DNA of 53,968 nucleotides from Bacteroidales bacterium (lineage in GTDB: Bacteria; Bacteroidota; Bacteroidia; Bacteroidales; F082). The position numbers and the translations under genes are program-made. The notes under the pieces were generated by a model, which saw only the letters and a list, made by a program, of their open reading frames with translations, was not told the DNA's origin and ran no database searches. This document shows positions 1-8,331 of this stretch, in pieces. The stretch spans positions 1-53,968 of the forward strand of contig JAZOCI010000015.1 of assembly GCA_045596465.1 (NCBI GenBank), read 5' to 3'. Each line of letters starts with the position of its first letter. Within the stretch, counting starts at the first letter, position 1.

Positions 1-1961
1 CTCGTAAGGGTCTTGCCGATACCGCTTTGAAGACAGCTGACGCTGGTTACTTGACACGTCGTCTCGTTGACGTAGCTCATGATGTCATTATCAATGAAAA
101 AGACTGCGGTACTTTACGTGGTTTGACAATTAGCGCATTACGCAGAGGTGACGAAATCATAGAATCACTCTATGACAGAATCTTGGGTCGTGTAGCTCTT
201 CATGACATCTTCCACCCACAAACAGGTGAGTTAATCATCAATGGCGGTCAGGAAATTACAGAAGACATCGCTAAGAGAATTACAGAGTCTCCAATTGAAA
301 GCGTAGAAATCCGTTCCGTATTGACTTGCGAATCTAAACGCGGTGTTTGTGCAAACTGCTACGGACGTAACCTCTCATCTGGTAAACTCGTTCAAAGAGG
401 AGAAGCTGTCGGCGTTATCGCTGCTCAATCAATCGGTGAACCTGGTACACAGTTGACATTGCGTACTTTCCACCAAGGTGGTACAGCTTCGACAACATCA
501 GACGATTCATCAATCAGAGCTAAATATAATGGTATCCTCGAAATAGACGAACTTCGTGTTGTCGACTATAAAGAAGATTCAGTAGATCCTTTGACAGGTG
601 AACAAAAAGAATATCAAGTTGTTGTTGGTCGTTCAGCAGAAATGAGAATCATCGACAAGAAGACAGGTGTCGCTCTCACAACAGCCAATATTCGTTACGG
701 TTCTAAACTTTATGTTAAACCAAATACAGAAGTCAATCCTGGTGACCTTATCTGCGAATGGGATCCATACAACGCATTGATTCTCTCAGAATATCAAGGT
801 AAGGTACAATACGAAAATATCGTCGAAGGTGTTACATTCCGTAACGAATCTGACGAACAGACAGGTTATAATGAAAGAGTTATCATCGAAGGTCGTAAAT
901 ATTCAAAGAACCCTTCAATCTCTATTGTAGACAAACATGGCGACGTTATTAAGTCATACGACTTGCCAGTAGGCGCTCACATCATGGTTGAAGATGGCGT
1001 TAAGATTAAGGCTGGTGATATGCTTGTCAAGATTCCTCGTGCAACAGGTAAGTTGGGCGACATCACTGGTGGTCTTCCACGTGTTACTGAGTTGTTCGAA
1101 GCACGTAACTCATCAGAACCTGCAGTCGTTTCAGAAATCGACGGTGTGGTTTCGTTTGAAAAGAAACTCGTCCGTGGTAACCGTAAGGTCGTTATCACTT
1201 CTAAGACAGGAGAACAGAAGAGTTATCTTATCCCTACATCAAAACAAATTCTTGCACAAGAAAACGACTTTATGAAAGCTGGTCAACCATTGTCAGACGG
1301 AGCCATCACTCCAGCTAACATCTTGGCTATCGAAGGTCCAATGAAGGTTCAAGAATTTATCGTAAACGAAATCCAAGAAGTCTATCGTTCACAAGGTGTA
1401 ACAATCAACGGTAAACACTTTGAAGTTATCGTACGTCAGATGATGCGTAAGGTCGAAATCGACGATCCAGGTGATACACGTTTCCTCGAAGGCGAACTCG
1501 TCAATAAACTTACATTCCAAGAATGTAATGATGAGATCTTCGGTAAGGTTATCGTTACTGACAGCGGCGATTCAGAAAACTTGGTTAACGGTCAGATGAT
1601 TACGGTAAGAAAACTTCGCGATGAAAACTCAATCTTGAAACGTAAAGACAAGAAACTCGTTGAAGCTCGTGATGCACAACCAGCAACTGCACACCAAGTG
1701 TTGCAAGGTATCACAAGAGCTGCTCTTCAAACAGATAGTTTCATCTCAGCAGCATCATTCCAAGAAACAACTAAGGTCTTGACATTAGCAGCTATCAACG
1801 CTAAGTCAGATACTCTCGAAGGAATGAAAGAAAATGTTATAGTTGGTCATAAGATTCCAGCAGGTACAGGTTTACGCGAATATGATGACTTGATCGTTGG
1901 CTCTCGCGAAGACTATGAACCAATAACAAATGTTGATAGAGAAGTACTCGTAGAAGAGTAA
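1..1961 (+). CDS. rpoC: DNA-directed RNA polymerase subunit beta' (C-terminal ~650 aa; 5' end upstream of window)
   Basis: Frame 3 is open from nt 3 ([24 protein letters not shown]...). The listed M at 27 is an internal TTG (Leu). Beta' motifs [28 protein letters not shown] and [15 protein letters not shown] are present. Stop at 1959-1961. Confidence 0.97.
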   Translation, partial: RKGLADTALKTADAGYLTRRLVDVAHDVIINEKDCGTLRGLTISALRRGDEIIESLYDRILGRVALHDIFHPQTGELIINGGQEITEDIAKRITESPIESVEIRSVLTCESKRGVCANCYGRNLSSGKLVQRGEAVGVIAAQSIGEPGTQLTLRTFHQGGTASTTSDDSSIRAKYNGILEIDELRVVDYKEDSVDPLTGEQKEYQVVVGRSAEMRIIDKKTGVALTTANIRYGSKLYVKPNTEVNPGDLICEWDPYNALILSEYQGKVQYENIVEGVTFRNESDEQTGYNERVIIEGRKYSKNPSISIVDKHGDVIKSYDLPVGAHIMVEDGVKIKAGDMLVKIPRATGKLGDITGGLPRVTELFEARNSSEPAVVSEIDGVVSFEKKLVRGNRKVVITSKTGEQKSYLIPTSKQILAQENDFMKAGQPLSDGAITPANILAIEGPMKVQEFIVNEIQEVYRSQGVTINGKHFEVIVRQMMRKVEIDDPGDTRFLEGELVNKLTFQECNDEIFGKVIVTDSGDSENLVNGQMITVRKLRDENSILKRKDKKLVEARDAQPATAHQVLQGITRAALQTDSFISAASFQETTKVLTLAAINAKSDTLEGMKENVIVGHKIPAGTGLREYDDLIVGSREDYEPITNVDREVLVEE

Positions 1962-1978
1962 TCTTAAAATAAATTCAG

Positions 1979-2012
1979 AATAGGTTGGTTTTTTTAGCCA
2001 ACCTATTTTTTT
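1979..2012 (+). terminator. Intrinsic terminator after rpoC
   Basis: AATAGGTTGG - 9 nt loop - CCAACCTATT followed by a T-run, 18 nt after the rpoC stop. Confidence 0.8.
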
Positions 2013-2028
2013 ATAAGCAAAATCAATT

Positions 2029-2036
2029 TATCTTTG
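2029..2036 (+). promoter_or_regulatory. Bacteroidota -7 promoter box (TAnnTTTG)
   Basis: TATCTTTG lies 21 nt upstream of the ATG at 2058. Confidence 0.5.
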
Positions 2037-2057
2037 TAGAAATTAAAAAATGTAGCC

Positions 2058-2372
2058 ATGGAAAATAATAATAACAATAAGAATCAGATTAATATTGAGT
2101 TAACTGATGAGATTGCAGAAGGTATCTATTCAAATCTTGCAATTATTGCTCATTCGCCAACAGAATTTGTCGTTGACTTTATTAAACTTATGCCAGCTTC
2201 ACCTAAGGCAAAAGTTAAGTCAAGAATAATTTTGACACCTCAGAATGCAAAGCGTCTTTATAAGGCATTGGCTGAAAATATCAGCAAATATGAAGCGACA
2301 CATGGACCTATAAAAGATGTAAATGAGAAATTGCCGCCGTTCACTATGGGCGGACCTGCTGCACAAGCATAG
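2058..2372 (+). CDS. DUF3467 domain-containing protein
   Basis: 104 aa. The IELTDEIAEGIYSNLAIIAHSPTEFVVDFI pattern and the position directly downstream of rpoC are typical of this Bacteroidota family. Confidence 0.8.
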   Translation: MENNNNNKNQINIELTDEIAEGIYSNLAIIAHSPTEFVVDFIKLMPASPKAKVKSRIILTPQNAKRLYKALAENISKYEATHGPIKDVNEKLPPFTMGGPAAQA

Positions 2373-2375
2373 ACG

Positions 2376-2405
2376 AAAAAAGCTGACTGTTAAAGTCAGC
2401 TTTTC
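2376..2405. terminator. Bidirectional intrinsic terminator (DUF3467 gene / pyrI convergent)
   Basis: AAAAAGCTGACT-GTTAA-AGTCAGCTTTT: perfect 8-bp GC-containing stem flanked by an A-run and a T-run. Confidence 0.8.
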
Positions 2406-2423
2406 TTTTACACCTTATTAATA

Positions 2424-2888
2424 TTATATAAACTCGATATTATCTTGTTTAGTGTATTTTTCGCAATAGTGGCATTTAAGTTTCACTTTTCCGTCGTCAT
2501 CTTTCAATACGTCGAATTTTGTAGGAACGCCTTCTTTGTTTGTCACACAGTTAGGGTTGAAGCATTTCACAATAGTGTCGATTTTGTCAGGAGTTTGGAT
2601 GCTATGTTTGTTAACGACTTCAAAATCCTTTATCTCTATCAATGAAGCAGTTGGAGCTACCAAAGCGATTTTGTTGATGTCTTCAGGAGCGAAGTATTTG
2701 TCGCTGATTTTGATGATACCTTTTTTGCCATATTTTTTACTGTCTAAGTTAGTTCCGAAATAGACAGAATTTTTTGAATGTTCGAGATCTAAAATCTTGA
2801 CGACTTCAAAAACTTTATTTGCAGGAATATGGTCGATGACAGTTCCGTTTTCTATTGCTGATACTATGAGTTCTTTTCTTTTATCCAT
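2424..2888 (-). CDS. pyrI: Aspartate carbamoyltransferase regulatory subunit
   Basis: 154 aa. N-terminal VSAIENGTVIDHIP and a C-terminal Zn-binding CxxxxC...CxxC (CFNPNC...CHYC). Lies immediately downstream of pyrB. Confidence 0.93.
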   Translation of the reverse strand: MDKRKELIVSAIENGTVIDHIPANKVFEVVKILDLEHSKNSVYFGTNLDSKKYGKKGIIKISDKYFAPEDINKIALVAPTASLIEIKDFEVVNKHSIQTPDKIDTIVKCFNPNCVTNKEGVPTKFDVLKDDDGKVKLKCHYCEKYTKQDNIEFI

Positions 2889-2957
2889 GATTATTAAAAT
2901 CTTAAAGTTTCTAAATTATTTAACTCGCGTAGTCTTATTGACAATTGACTTATAGTC

Positions 2958-3878
2958 TTATTTAAGTCCGAGAATTGCCGCTATTAATGCTTGGCGAACG
3001 TACAAACCGTTTTGAGCTTGTTGGAAATAATAAGCCTTAGGGTTAGTGTCAACGTCTGTATGTATCTCATTAACACGTGGTAGTGGGTGGAGGATACGGC
3101 AGTTAGGTTTAGAGTTTTCGAGCATTTCGTTACGCAAGATATAAGAATTCTTGACTTTTTCGTATTCCAATGGATCTGGGAAACGTTCGCGTTGGACTCT
3201 TGTCATGTAGATGATGTCGGAATGAGGAATGACTTCTTCGAGGCTTGTATATTCGTGATATTCAAGACCTGCATTTTTAATGTATTGTATTACAGTAGAA
3301 GGCATCTTCAATTCGACAGGAGATACGAAGTTGAATTTAGCTTTGAAGTTGCACATAGCTTGTACGAGACTGTGAACTGTGCGTCCATATTTCAAGTCGC
3401 CGACCATAGTGATTTCAAGGTTTTCGAGAGTGCCTTGAGTTTTTCTGATTGAATAGAGGTCGAGGAGGCATTGAGTTGGGTGTTGGTTAGAACCATCGCC
3501 AGCGTTGATGATAGGCACTTTAGATACTTCTGAAGCATAACGAGCTGAGCCATCGACAGGGTTACGCATTACAATGAGGTCTGCATAACTTGCGACCATC
3601 ATGATTGTATCTTTCAGAGATTCACCTTTTTGGAGGCTTGTACCGGCTGTGCTACTGAAACCGATAACATTACCACCGAGTAGTTGGATAGCGGTTTCGA
3701 AACTAAGTCTTGTTCTTGTTGAAGGTTCGAAGAACAAAGAAGCTATAACTCTGCCGTTCAATAAGTTTTGGAGACGATTTTTTTCAAAGTCTTCTGCTAT
3801 GTCAAGAATATGACAGATTTCTTCCGGTGTGTAGTCGTAAATTGAAATTAGGCTACGGTCTTTAAGTGAAATAGACAT
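2958..3878 (-). CDS. pyrB: Aspartate carbamoyltransferase catalytic subunit
   Basis: 306 aa. Contains the STRTR carbamoyl-phosphate motif ([13 protein letters not shown]), HPTQ and HPLPR motifs. Confidence 0.96.
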   Translation of the reverse strand: MSISLKDRSLISIYDYTPEEICHILDIAEDFEKNRLQNLLNGRVIASLFFEPSTRTRLSFETAIQLLGGNVIGFSSTAGTSLQKGESLKDTIMMVASYADLIVMRNPVDGSARYASEVSKVPIINAGDGSNQHPTQCLLDLYSIRKTQGTLENLEITMVGDLKYGRTVHSLVQAMCNFKAKFNFVSPVELKMPSTVIQYIKNAGLEYHEYTSLEEVIPHSDIIYMTRVQRERFPDPLEYEKVKNSYILRNEMLENSKPNCRILHPLPRVNEIHTDVDTNPKAYYFQQAQNGLYVRQALIAAILGLK

Positions 3879-3930
3879 AGTTGATTATGATTTTTAGTTA
3901 AATAATTAATAAAAGTTAACAAAAAGACAC

Positions 3931-3955
3931 AAAAAAAGACGGTTTCAAGCCGTCT
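3931..3955 (-). terminator. Intrinsic terminator inside the pyrBI 5' leader (candidate attenuator)
   Basis: Minus strand reads AGACGG-CUUGAAA-CCGUCU followed by U6, about 50 nt upstream of the pyrB ATG (3878) and downstream of the putative promoter at 4047-4054. Confidence 0.6.
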
Positions 3956-4046
3956 GCAAAAATGAAACAAACCGATGGATTTACTTATTTGTAAACCATC
4001 TATATCATTGTTACTTAATAATGTAATAATTCGTGTCATCAAAGTG

Positions 4047-4054
4047 CAAAGTTA
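4047..4054 (-). promoter_or_regulatory. -7 promoter box for the pyrBI leader
   Basis: Minus strand reads TAACTTTG, with a TTTG about 22 nt further upstream. Confidence 0.5.
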
Positions 4055-4110
4055 TGATTTTTTTAGTTTGGTGCAACAAAAAAACACAATTTTTTTTAAG
4101 AAAAAAATAC

Positions 4111-4141
4111 TTGACAAAAGTTATTTGTCGTATTAACTTTG
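4111..4141 (+). promoter_or_regulatory. Promoter candidate for the accessory operon
   Basis: TTGACA (4111-4116), 17-nt spacer, then TAACTTTG (4134-4141). About 125-nt 5' UTR before the ATG at 4269. Confidence 0.45.
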
Positions 4142-4268
4142 TAGGAAAATTGTAAAACATAATTTGTTGGAAGGAGGTGTTGTTTATGAGTGTTTGATGA
4201 TTTTTTTAAGAGGAAGAAAAACCAAGAGTTAACAAGATTTATTAACCAAAATTACCAATTTTTTACTT

Positions 4269-5345
4269 ATGAAACGAAATTATTTAAATCAAATTACATC
4301 TTTATTTTTATTGTTATTTGTCATGGCTTTCGTATCCTGTAAGAAGGATAAGTTGACAGAGCCGAAAGTTTCACAGACGAAGCAGGAAAGCAGTTTGAGT
4401 CCGCAGGCTGAATACATAGTTAAAAGGATAAAAACCTTTGAACGACAGTTAGATGACGTGAAGAGAGGAGTTTGTAGGAATGATTCTTATATTGACATTG
4501 ACAGTGCGATGTGGAATATTGAGTCGTTGTTTAACAGTACATTTTCGATGCCAGATGAAAAATATGTGGAGAAAAAGATACAAGAGCTGACATTCGATGT
4601 AAATGTTCATAGAGACAACAAACTTTCTATGTATGAAGTAAATGCCTTGTATGAAAATGTTATAAGGTCGGTGAAGGAAGCTTATATTAATGATGGTATA
4701 TACGAAGATAAAGGCTTGATGTCTATTATTGTTGATAAAGGCTATTGTGATTCAAGAGCTGTTAAGTTGAAAGTTACGGTTGTGTCAGGACGCACAGATG
4801 CGGTCAAGACTCCAACGCCTGACTTGTATTTTGGAGGTCCGTTTGATGTGAATGGCTGTTGGTATTATGGCGAATTTGGAGGTACATGTGACGATCCGTT
4901 TTTGCTGACAGATGCGGCGGAGGTTTTGGAAGAAGCCTTGAATAGAAATTACGGCAATGCATCTTCATTAGAAGGGAATAAAAATATATATGTAGATTTA
5001 ACAATGATTTCCTTGACAGGTAATGAATACAAGCGAAATAATGGGGAACCGTATGTGTTTTATAAGCTGAATTGTAATCAAGAAGATTTGTATTTAACAG
5101 GAAAAGAACTTAATGAATACTATTACTGGGAGAGACAGATGATTTTTGATGATGTTCTGAAGGATCCTCAATTTGTGCAAGTGTTGCCACAAGATCCTAC
5201 TTTTATTGAAATCAACATAGATGGTCTATCTTATATGAATGGCAAAGATATGTGTTATTATCATCGTCATGATATTTTGTATGGTACCAAATGTGAAGTT
5301 CCAAGAAGTGTAATAGGAAAAACAAGAAACATTTTGAATTATTAA
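4269..5345 (+). CDS. Hypothetical lipoprotein (no recognisable domain)
   Basis: 358 aa. Lipobox-type signal peptide LLLFVMAFVSC|KKD. First gene of a tightly spaced co-directional cluster. Confidence 0.7.
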   Translation: MKRNYLNQITSLFLLLFVMAFVSCKKDKLTEPKVSQTKQESSLSPQAEYIVKRIKTFERQLDDVKRGVCRNDSYIDIDSAMWNIESLFNSTFSMPDEKYVEKKIQELTFDVNVHRDNKLSMYEVNALYENVIRSVKEAYINDGIYEDKGLMSIIVDKGYCDSRAVKLKVTVVSGRTDAVKTPTPDLYFGGPFDVNGCWYYGEFGGTCDDPFLLTDAAEVLEEALNRNYGNASSLEGNKNIYVDLTMISLTGNEYKRNNGEPYVFYKLNCNQEDLYLTGKELNEYYYWERQMIFDDVLKDPQFVQVLPQDPTFIEINIDGLSYMNGKDMCYYHRHDILYGTKCEVPRSVIGKTRNILNY

Positions 5346-5355
5346 AATTGAAATT

Positions 5356-6858
5356 ATGTTAAGGCGATTGATTCTGATATTGTTTGTTTTTATGTGTGTG
5401 GATGTGGAATCACAACAGTGGCTCGTTGAATATCCTTCTGATGAAAGTGAGATGGTAAGTTTTGTTGGAGGAGATGTTTCTGGGAAATATAATTATTCTG
5501 TGGGATTCAGGTATAATAAGGGAACTGGTGTTTATAATCCGATAGCATTATGTTTTGACAGAGAAGGAATTTACAGAGACAAGTCTTATCATGAGACAAT
5601 AGATAAAGGATGTTTTTGTTATGCCTTAGGATTGGGTGATGGCAATGCTTTTGTTGTGGCACGATGTGGTGCTGATGTTGAGAATGATGTTTATGAAAAT
5701 TTATGGTTTGCGATAATCAATCCGGAATTGGAGGTGATAAGAGAAAAATACATAGAGATTGATAACGAATATTTTTCATACGGAAGTACGATGCACGCAT
5801 TGATGGATGATAAGGGAGAAATCGTTGTTGTTACGCAGGTCGCAGATAGAAAACAAGTGGATAGTCATTATGGTTATAGTTATGATTATGCGTTTTATAA
5901 AGTTAGTAAGGACTGCGATTTGTTGAGATGTTCATATTTGAAGAATATTTCAGATTATGCGGAGATTTCGGATTTTACTTTGGTTCCGGATACGAATCTG
6001 TATGCTGTTTTTGGAAATGGAATGAATGGTAACAATGTAGAAACAGTGTTTTATATAAATGACGGTTTGGATTACGTATCTTTTGATTTTATTGATGATT
6101 TTGGTAGTTATCCAGACCTTTTGTATCCTAAGTTTATGTGTGTGGATCATTGGTTAGATGAAGATGAGTTTCTGATGTCGGCGCAAAGTTCACGAACTAA
6201 CGGTATGAATGAATGGTATCCTTTAGTGTTGAAGATGGATGTGGATATGAATGTTATAGATATGTTGAGTTTTGAACGTCTTGATACGACATGTTATGTC
6301 TCGCAATTTAGGAGTATGGCATACGTCGATTCGAATACGATTTATGTGTCTACTTTTGAATATATAGATGTTACGAAAGTCGGAAAGTCTAATAAGGCGA
6401 CAGTGTTTGTGATAAATGAAGACTTAGAACTGTTGGGAATAAAAGATTTTGAAATGAGACATTACTTTAATATACTTCATATTCAGCCGACGTTTGACAA
6501 AGGATGTATTGTTCAAGGTTACATTGATGATGGAAAACGAAAGCAGTCGATAATATGTAAGTTGGCAAGAAGTGATTTTGAGAATCCTCTTAATTTGATG
6601 GAAAAGGATATTCCAAATGTGAATGTTTATCCGAATCCGGTATCTTCTTCTATGAATATTGGTATTGATAATGTTGAAGAAAAATGTGTGAATGTTAGAA
6701 TATCTGATATTTTAGGGAGAAGATATTTGGATGAGGAGGTTGAATTGAAAACCGGAGTCGTGAAGATTGATGTTTCGTCATTGACAAAAGGATTATATCT
6801 TTGTTATATAGAGTATGATAAAGGGCGTTGTATAAAGAGAGTTTTTATAAAAGAATAA
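5356..6858 (+). CDS. Hypothetical secreted protein with T9SS C-terminal sorting domain
   Basis: 500 aa. Has an N-terminal signal peptide. The last ~80 aa (VYPNPVSSSMNI...GLYLCYIEYDKGRCIKRVFIKE, nt ~6616-6855) look like a type A Por/T9SS CTD. Confidence 0.7.
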   Translation: MLRRLILILFVFMCVDVESQQWLVEYPSDESEMVSFVGGDVSGKYNYSVGFRYNKGTGVYNPIALCFDREGIYRDKSYHETIDKGCFCYALGLGDGNAFVVARCGADVENDVYENLWFAIINPELEVIREKYIEIDNEYFSYGSTMHALMDDKGEIVVVTQVADRKQVDSHYGYSYDYAFYKVSKDCDLLRCSYLKNISDYAEISDFTLVPDTNLYAVFGNGMNGNNVETVFYINDGLDYVSFDFIDDFGSYPDLLYPKFMCVDHWLDEDEFLMSAQSSRTNGMNEWYPLVLKMDVDMNVIDMLSFERLDTTCYVSQFRSMAYVDSNTIYVSTFEYIDVTKVGKSNKATVFVINEDLELLGIKDFEMRHYFNILHIQPTFDKGCIVQGYIDDGKRKQSIICKLARSDFENPLNLMEKDIPNVNVYPNPVSSSMNIGIDNVEEKCVNVRISDILGRRYLDEEVELKTGVVKIDVSSLTKGLYLCYIEYDKGRCIKRVFIKE

Positions 6859-6878
6859 TAAATTAAAAATCCAAAGTT

Positions 6879-7862
6879 ATGAAATCAATAATGAAATGTT
6901 TATTAATACTTTTTGTATTATGTTTATGTGAATTGAAAGCTAATGCACAAGGCGGTTGTGATTTGTGTGGACCTGCGACAGGAACGAGTAAAAATAATGC
7001 TGCAGGTAATTATTCAGCGACAATAGGTGTCGGATGTGAGAGTAGGGGATTGTATTCATTTGCAGTAGGTTATCTTGCGAAGTCATATATGGCAAATTCT
7101 ATTGCGATGGGTAAGTTTGTGAGATCTCAAGGTACGAATTCTATTGTTATAGGATCTGGTGCGAGTGGTGCAGAATCGAAGATGCTAGTTAATAGTGTTC
7201 CTAACAGTTTGATGATAGGCTTTAATAGTGCATATCCGACCGTATATGTGTCGAGTGCTAACAGTTATAATACAACTGGTAAAGTTGGAATAGGGAATGT
7301 CAATCCTAAATCAAAACTTCATGTTAAGGCTGATGCTAATGAAGATGCGGGGTTTATCTTAGAGCCTGTTAATTTGTCAAAAGGCGCTTTTATTCAGCTA
7401 TATGATGAGAATAATAGAATTAGTGTGAAAAAAGATTCTGGATTGTCGATAATGTCCCAAAATAGCAGTATAAGTTTCGATGCTAATAATGTTTTGATGA
7501 ATGCCAAAGTGGCTATAAATGCTCCAAAAGATTTTTCGGAAGGATATGATTATGCATTGGCGGTAGCTGGTGGAATATTGACTACGAAGGTTTTGGTTAA
7601 GGATGTTGAAGAATGGCATGATTATGTCTTTGAGAAAGAATATGAACTTTTGCCAATAAACAAATTACGACAATATATTGACGAAAACGGACATCTTCCG
7701 GATATTCCTTCTGAGAGTAATGTTTTGACTCAAGGTTATGATATGGTGGAAATGGATGGTCTTCTTTTGAAGAAAATAGAAGAGCTGACATTGTATACCA
7801 TAGAATTAAATAATCTGATAAAAGAACAGCAGGAAATGATAGATTCTCTGCAATCAAAATAA
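6879..7862 (+). CDS. Tail-fibre-like / YadA-head-like repeat protein with C-terminal coiled coil
   Basis: 327 aa with a signal peptide (...ELKANA|QG). Contains SxAxG-type beta-roll repeats (NAAGNYSATIGVGCESRGLYSFAVGYLAKSYMANSIAMG...SIVIGSG) and KVGIGNVNPKSKLHV. The C-terminal module is WHDYVFEKEYELLPINKLRQYIDENGHLPDIPS...LLLKKIEELTLYTIELNNLIKEQQ, as seen in Bacteroidota tail-fibre-domain proteins. Confidence 0.65.
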   Translation: MKSIMKCLLILFVLCLCELKANAQGGCDLCGPATGTSKNNAAGNYSATIGVGCESRGLYSFAVGYLAKSYMANSIAMGKFVRSQGTNSIVIGSGASGAESKMLVNSVPNSLMIGFNSAYPTVYVSSANSYNTTGKVGIGNVNPKSKLHVKADANEDAGFILEPVNLSKGAFIQLYDENNRISVKKDSGLSIMSQNSSISFDANNVLMNAKVAINAPKDFSEGYDYALAVAGGILTTKVLVKDVEEWHDYVFEKEYELLPINKLRQYIDENGHLPDIPSESNVLTQGYDMVEMDGLLLKKIEELTLYTIELNNLIKEQQEMIDSLQSK

Positions 7863-7883
7863 TTACAATAAAAATATAATAAT

Positions 7884-8321
7884 ATGGGACGGAAATATAT
7901 AATAATGTTTCTAATGGGATTATTGTATCTTGTTAGTGGTGATGATTTGTTCTCGCAGCAATGCTTTAAAGTGTCGTATGATAAGAACGGAAATAGAATA
8001 TCCTTTATGTCAACAAATTGTTCTCAGTATGCGAGAGATGATATTGATAATACAGATGTGGTGGAGGATAATGGCTATGAAGAGCAACCCGATGATTTGT
8101 TGGTATATCCTAATCCTAATAATGGTATATTTAGAATAGAGGCGAAAGAAGATTATGATGGAGCTGAAATCCAAATATATGATAATAAGGGGGCTCTGGT
8201 AAAAAGATGTCAGTTTGAGAATGGAAAAGAGATTGATATAAGTAATGGAACTTCGGGTGTATATCTGCTTAGAATAATTAAAGATGAGGAAGTGAGAAGT
8301 ATGGTAGTGTTGAAACTTTAA
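7884..8321 (+). CDS. Small secreted protein: single YD-repeat-like motif + T9SS C-terminal sorting domain
   Basis: 145 aa with a signal peptide. Carries VSYDKNGNRISF (YD-repeat consensus), then an acidic linker. The CTD is LLVYPNPNNGIFRIEA...GVYLLRIIKDEEVRSMVVLKL. Confidence 0.65.
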   Translation: MGRKYIIMFLMGLLYLVSGDDLFSQQCFKVSYDKNGNRISFMSTNCSQYARDDIDNTDVVEDNGYEEQPDDLLVYPNPNNGIFRIEAKEDYDGAEIQIYDNKGALVKRCQFENGKEIDISNGTSGVYLLRIIKDEEVRSMVVLKL

Positions 8322-8331
8322 TATTTGGGGT

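Noticed and set aside
3848-4042. The 64-aa minus-strand ORF as a conventional protein-coding gene.
   Set aside because: It spans a terminator hairpin and overlaps the pyrB start out of frame, and its sequence is hydrophobic and low-complexity. It is kept only as a possible leader peptide (see the finding), not as a protein gene.
4186-4197. Mini-uORF ATG-AGT-GTT-TGA preceded by a strong AAGGAGG in the 5' UTR of the accessory operon.
   Set aside because: Three codons could easily arise by chance, and Shine-Dalgarno sequences are little used in Bacteroidota. There is no second structural element suggesting regulation.
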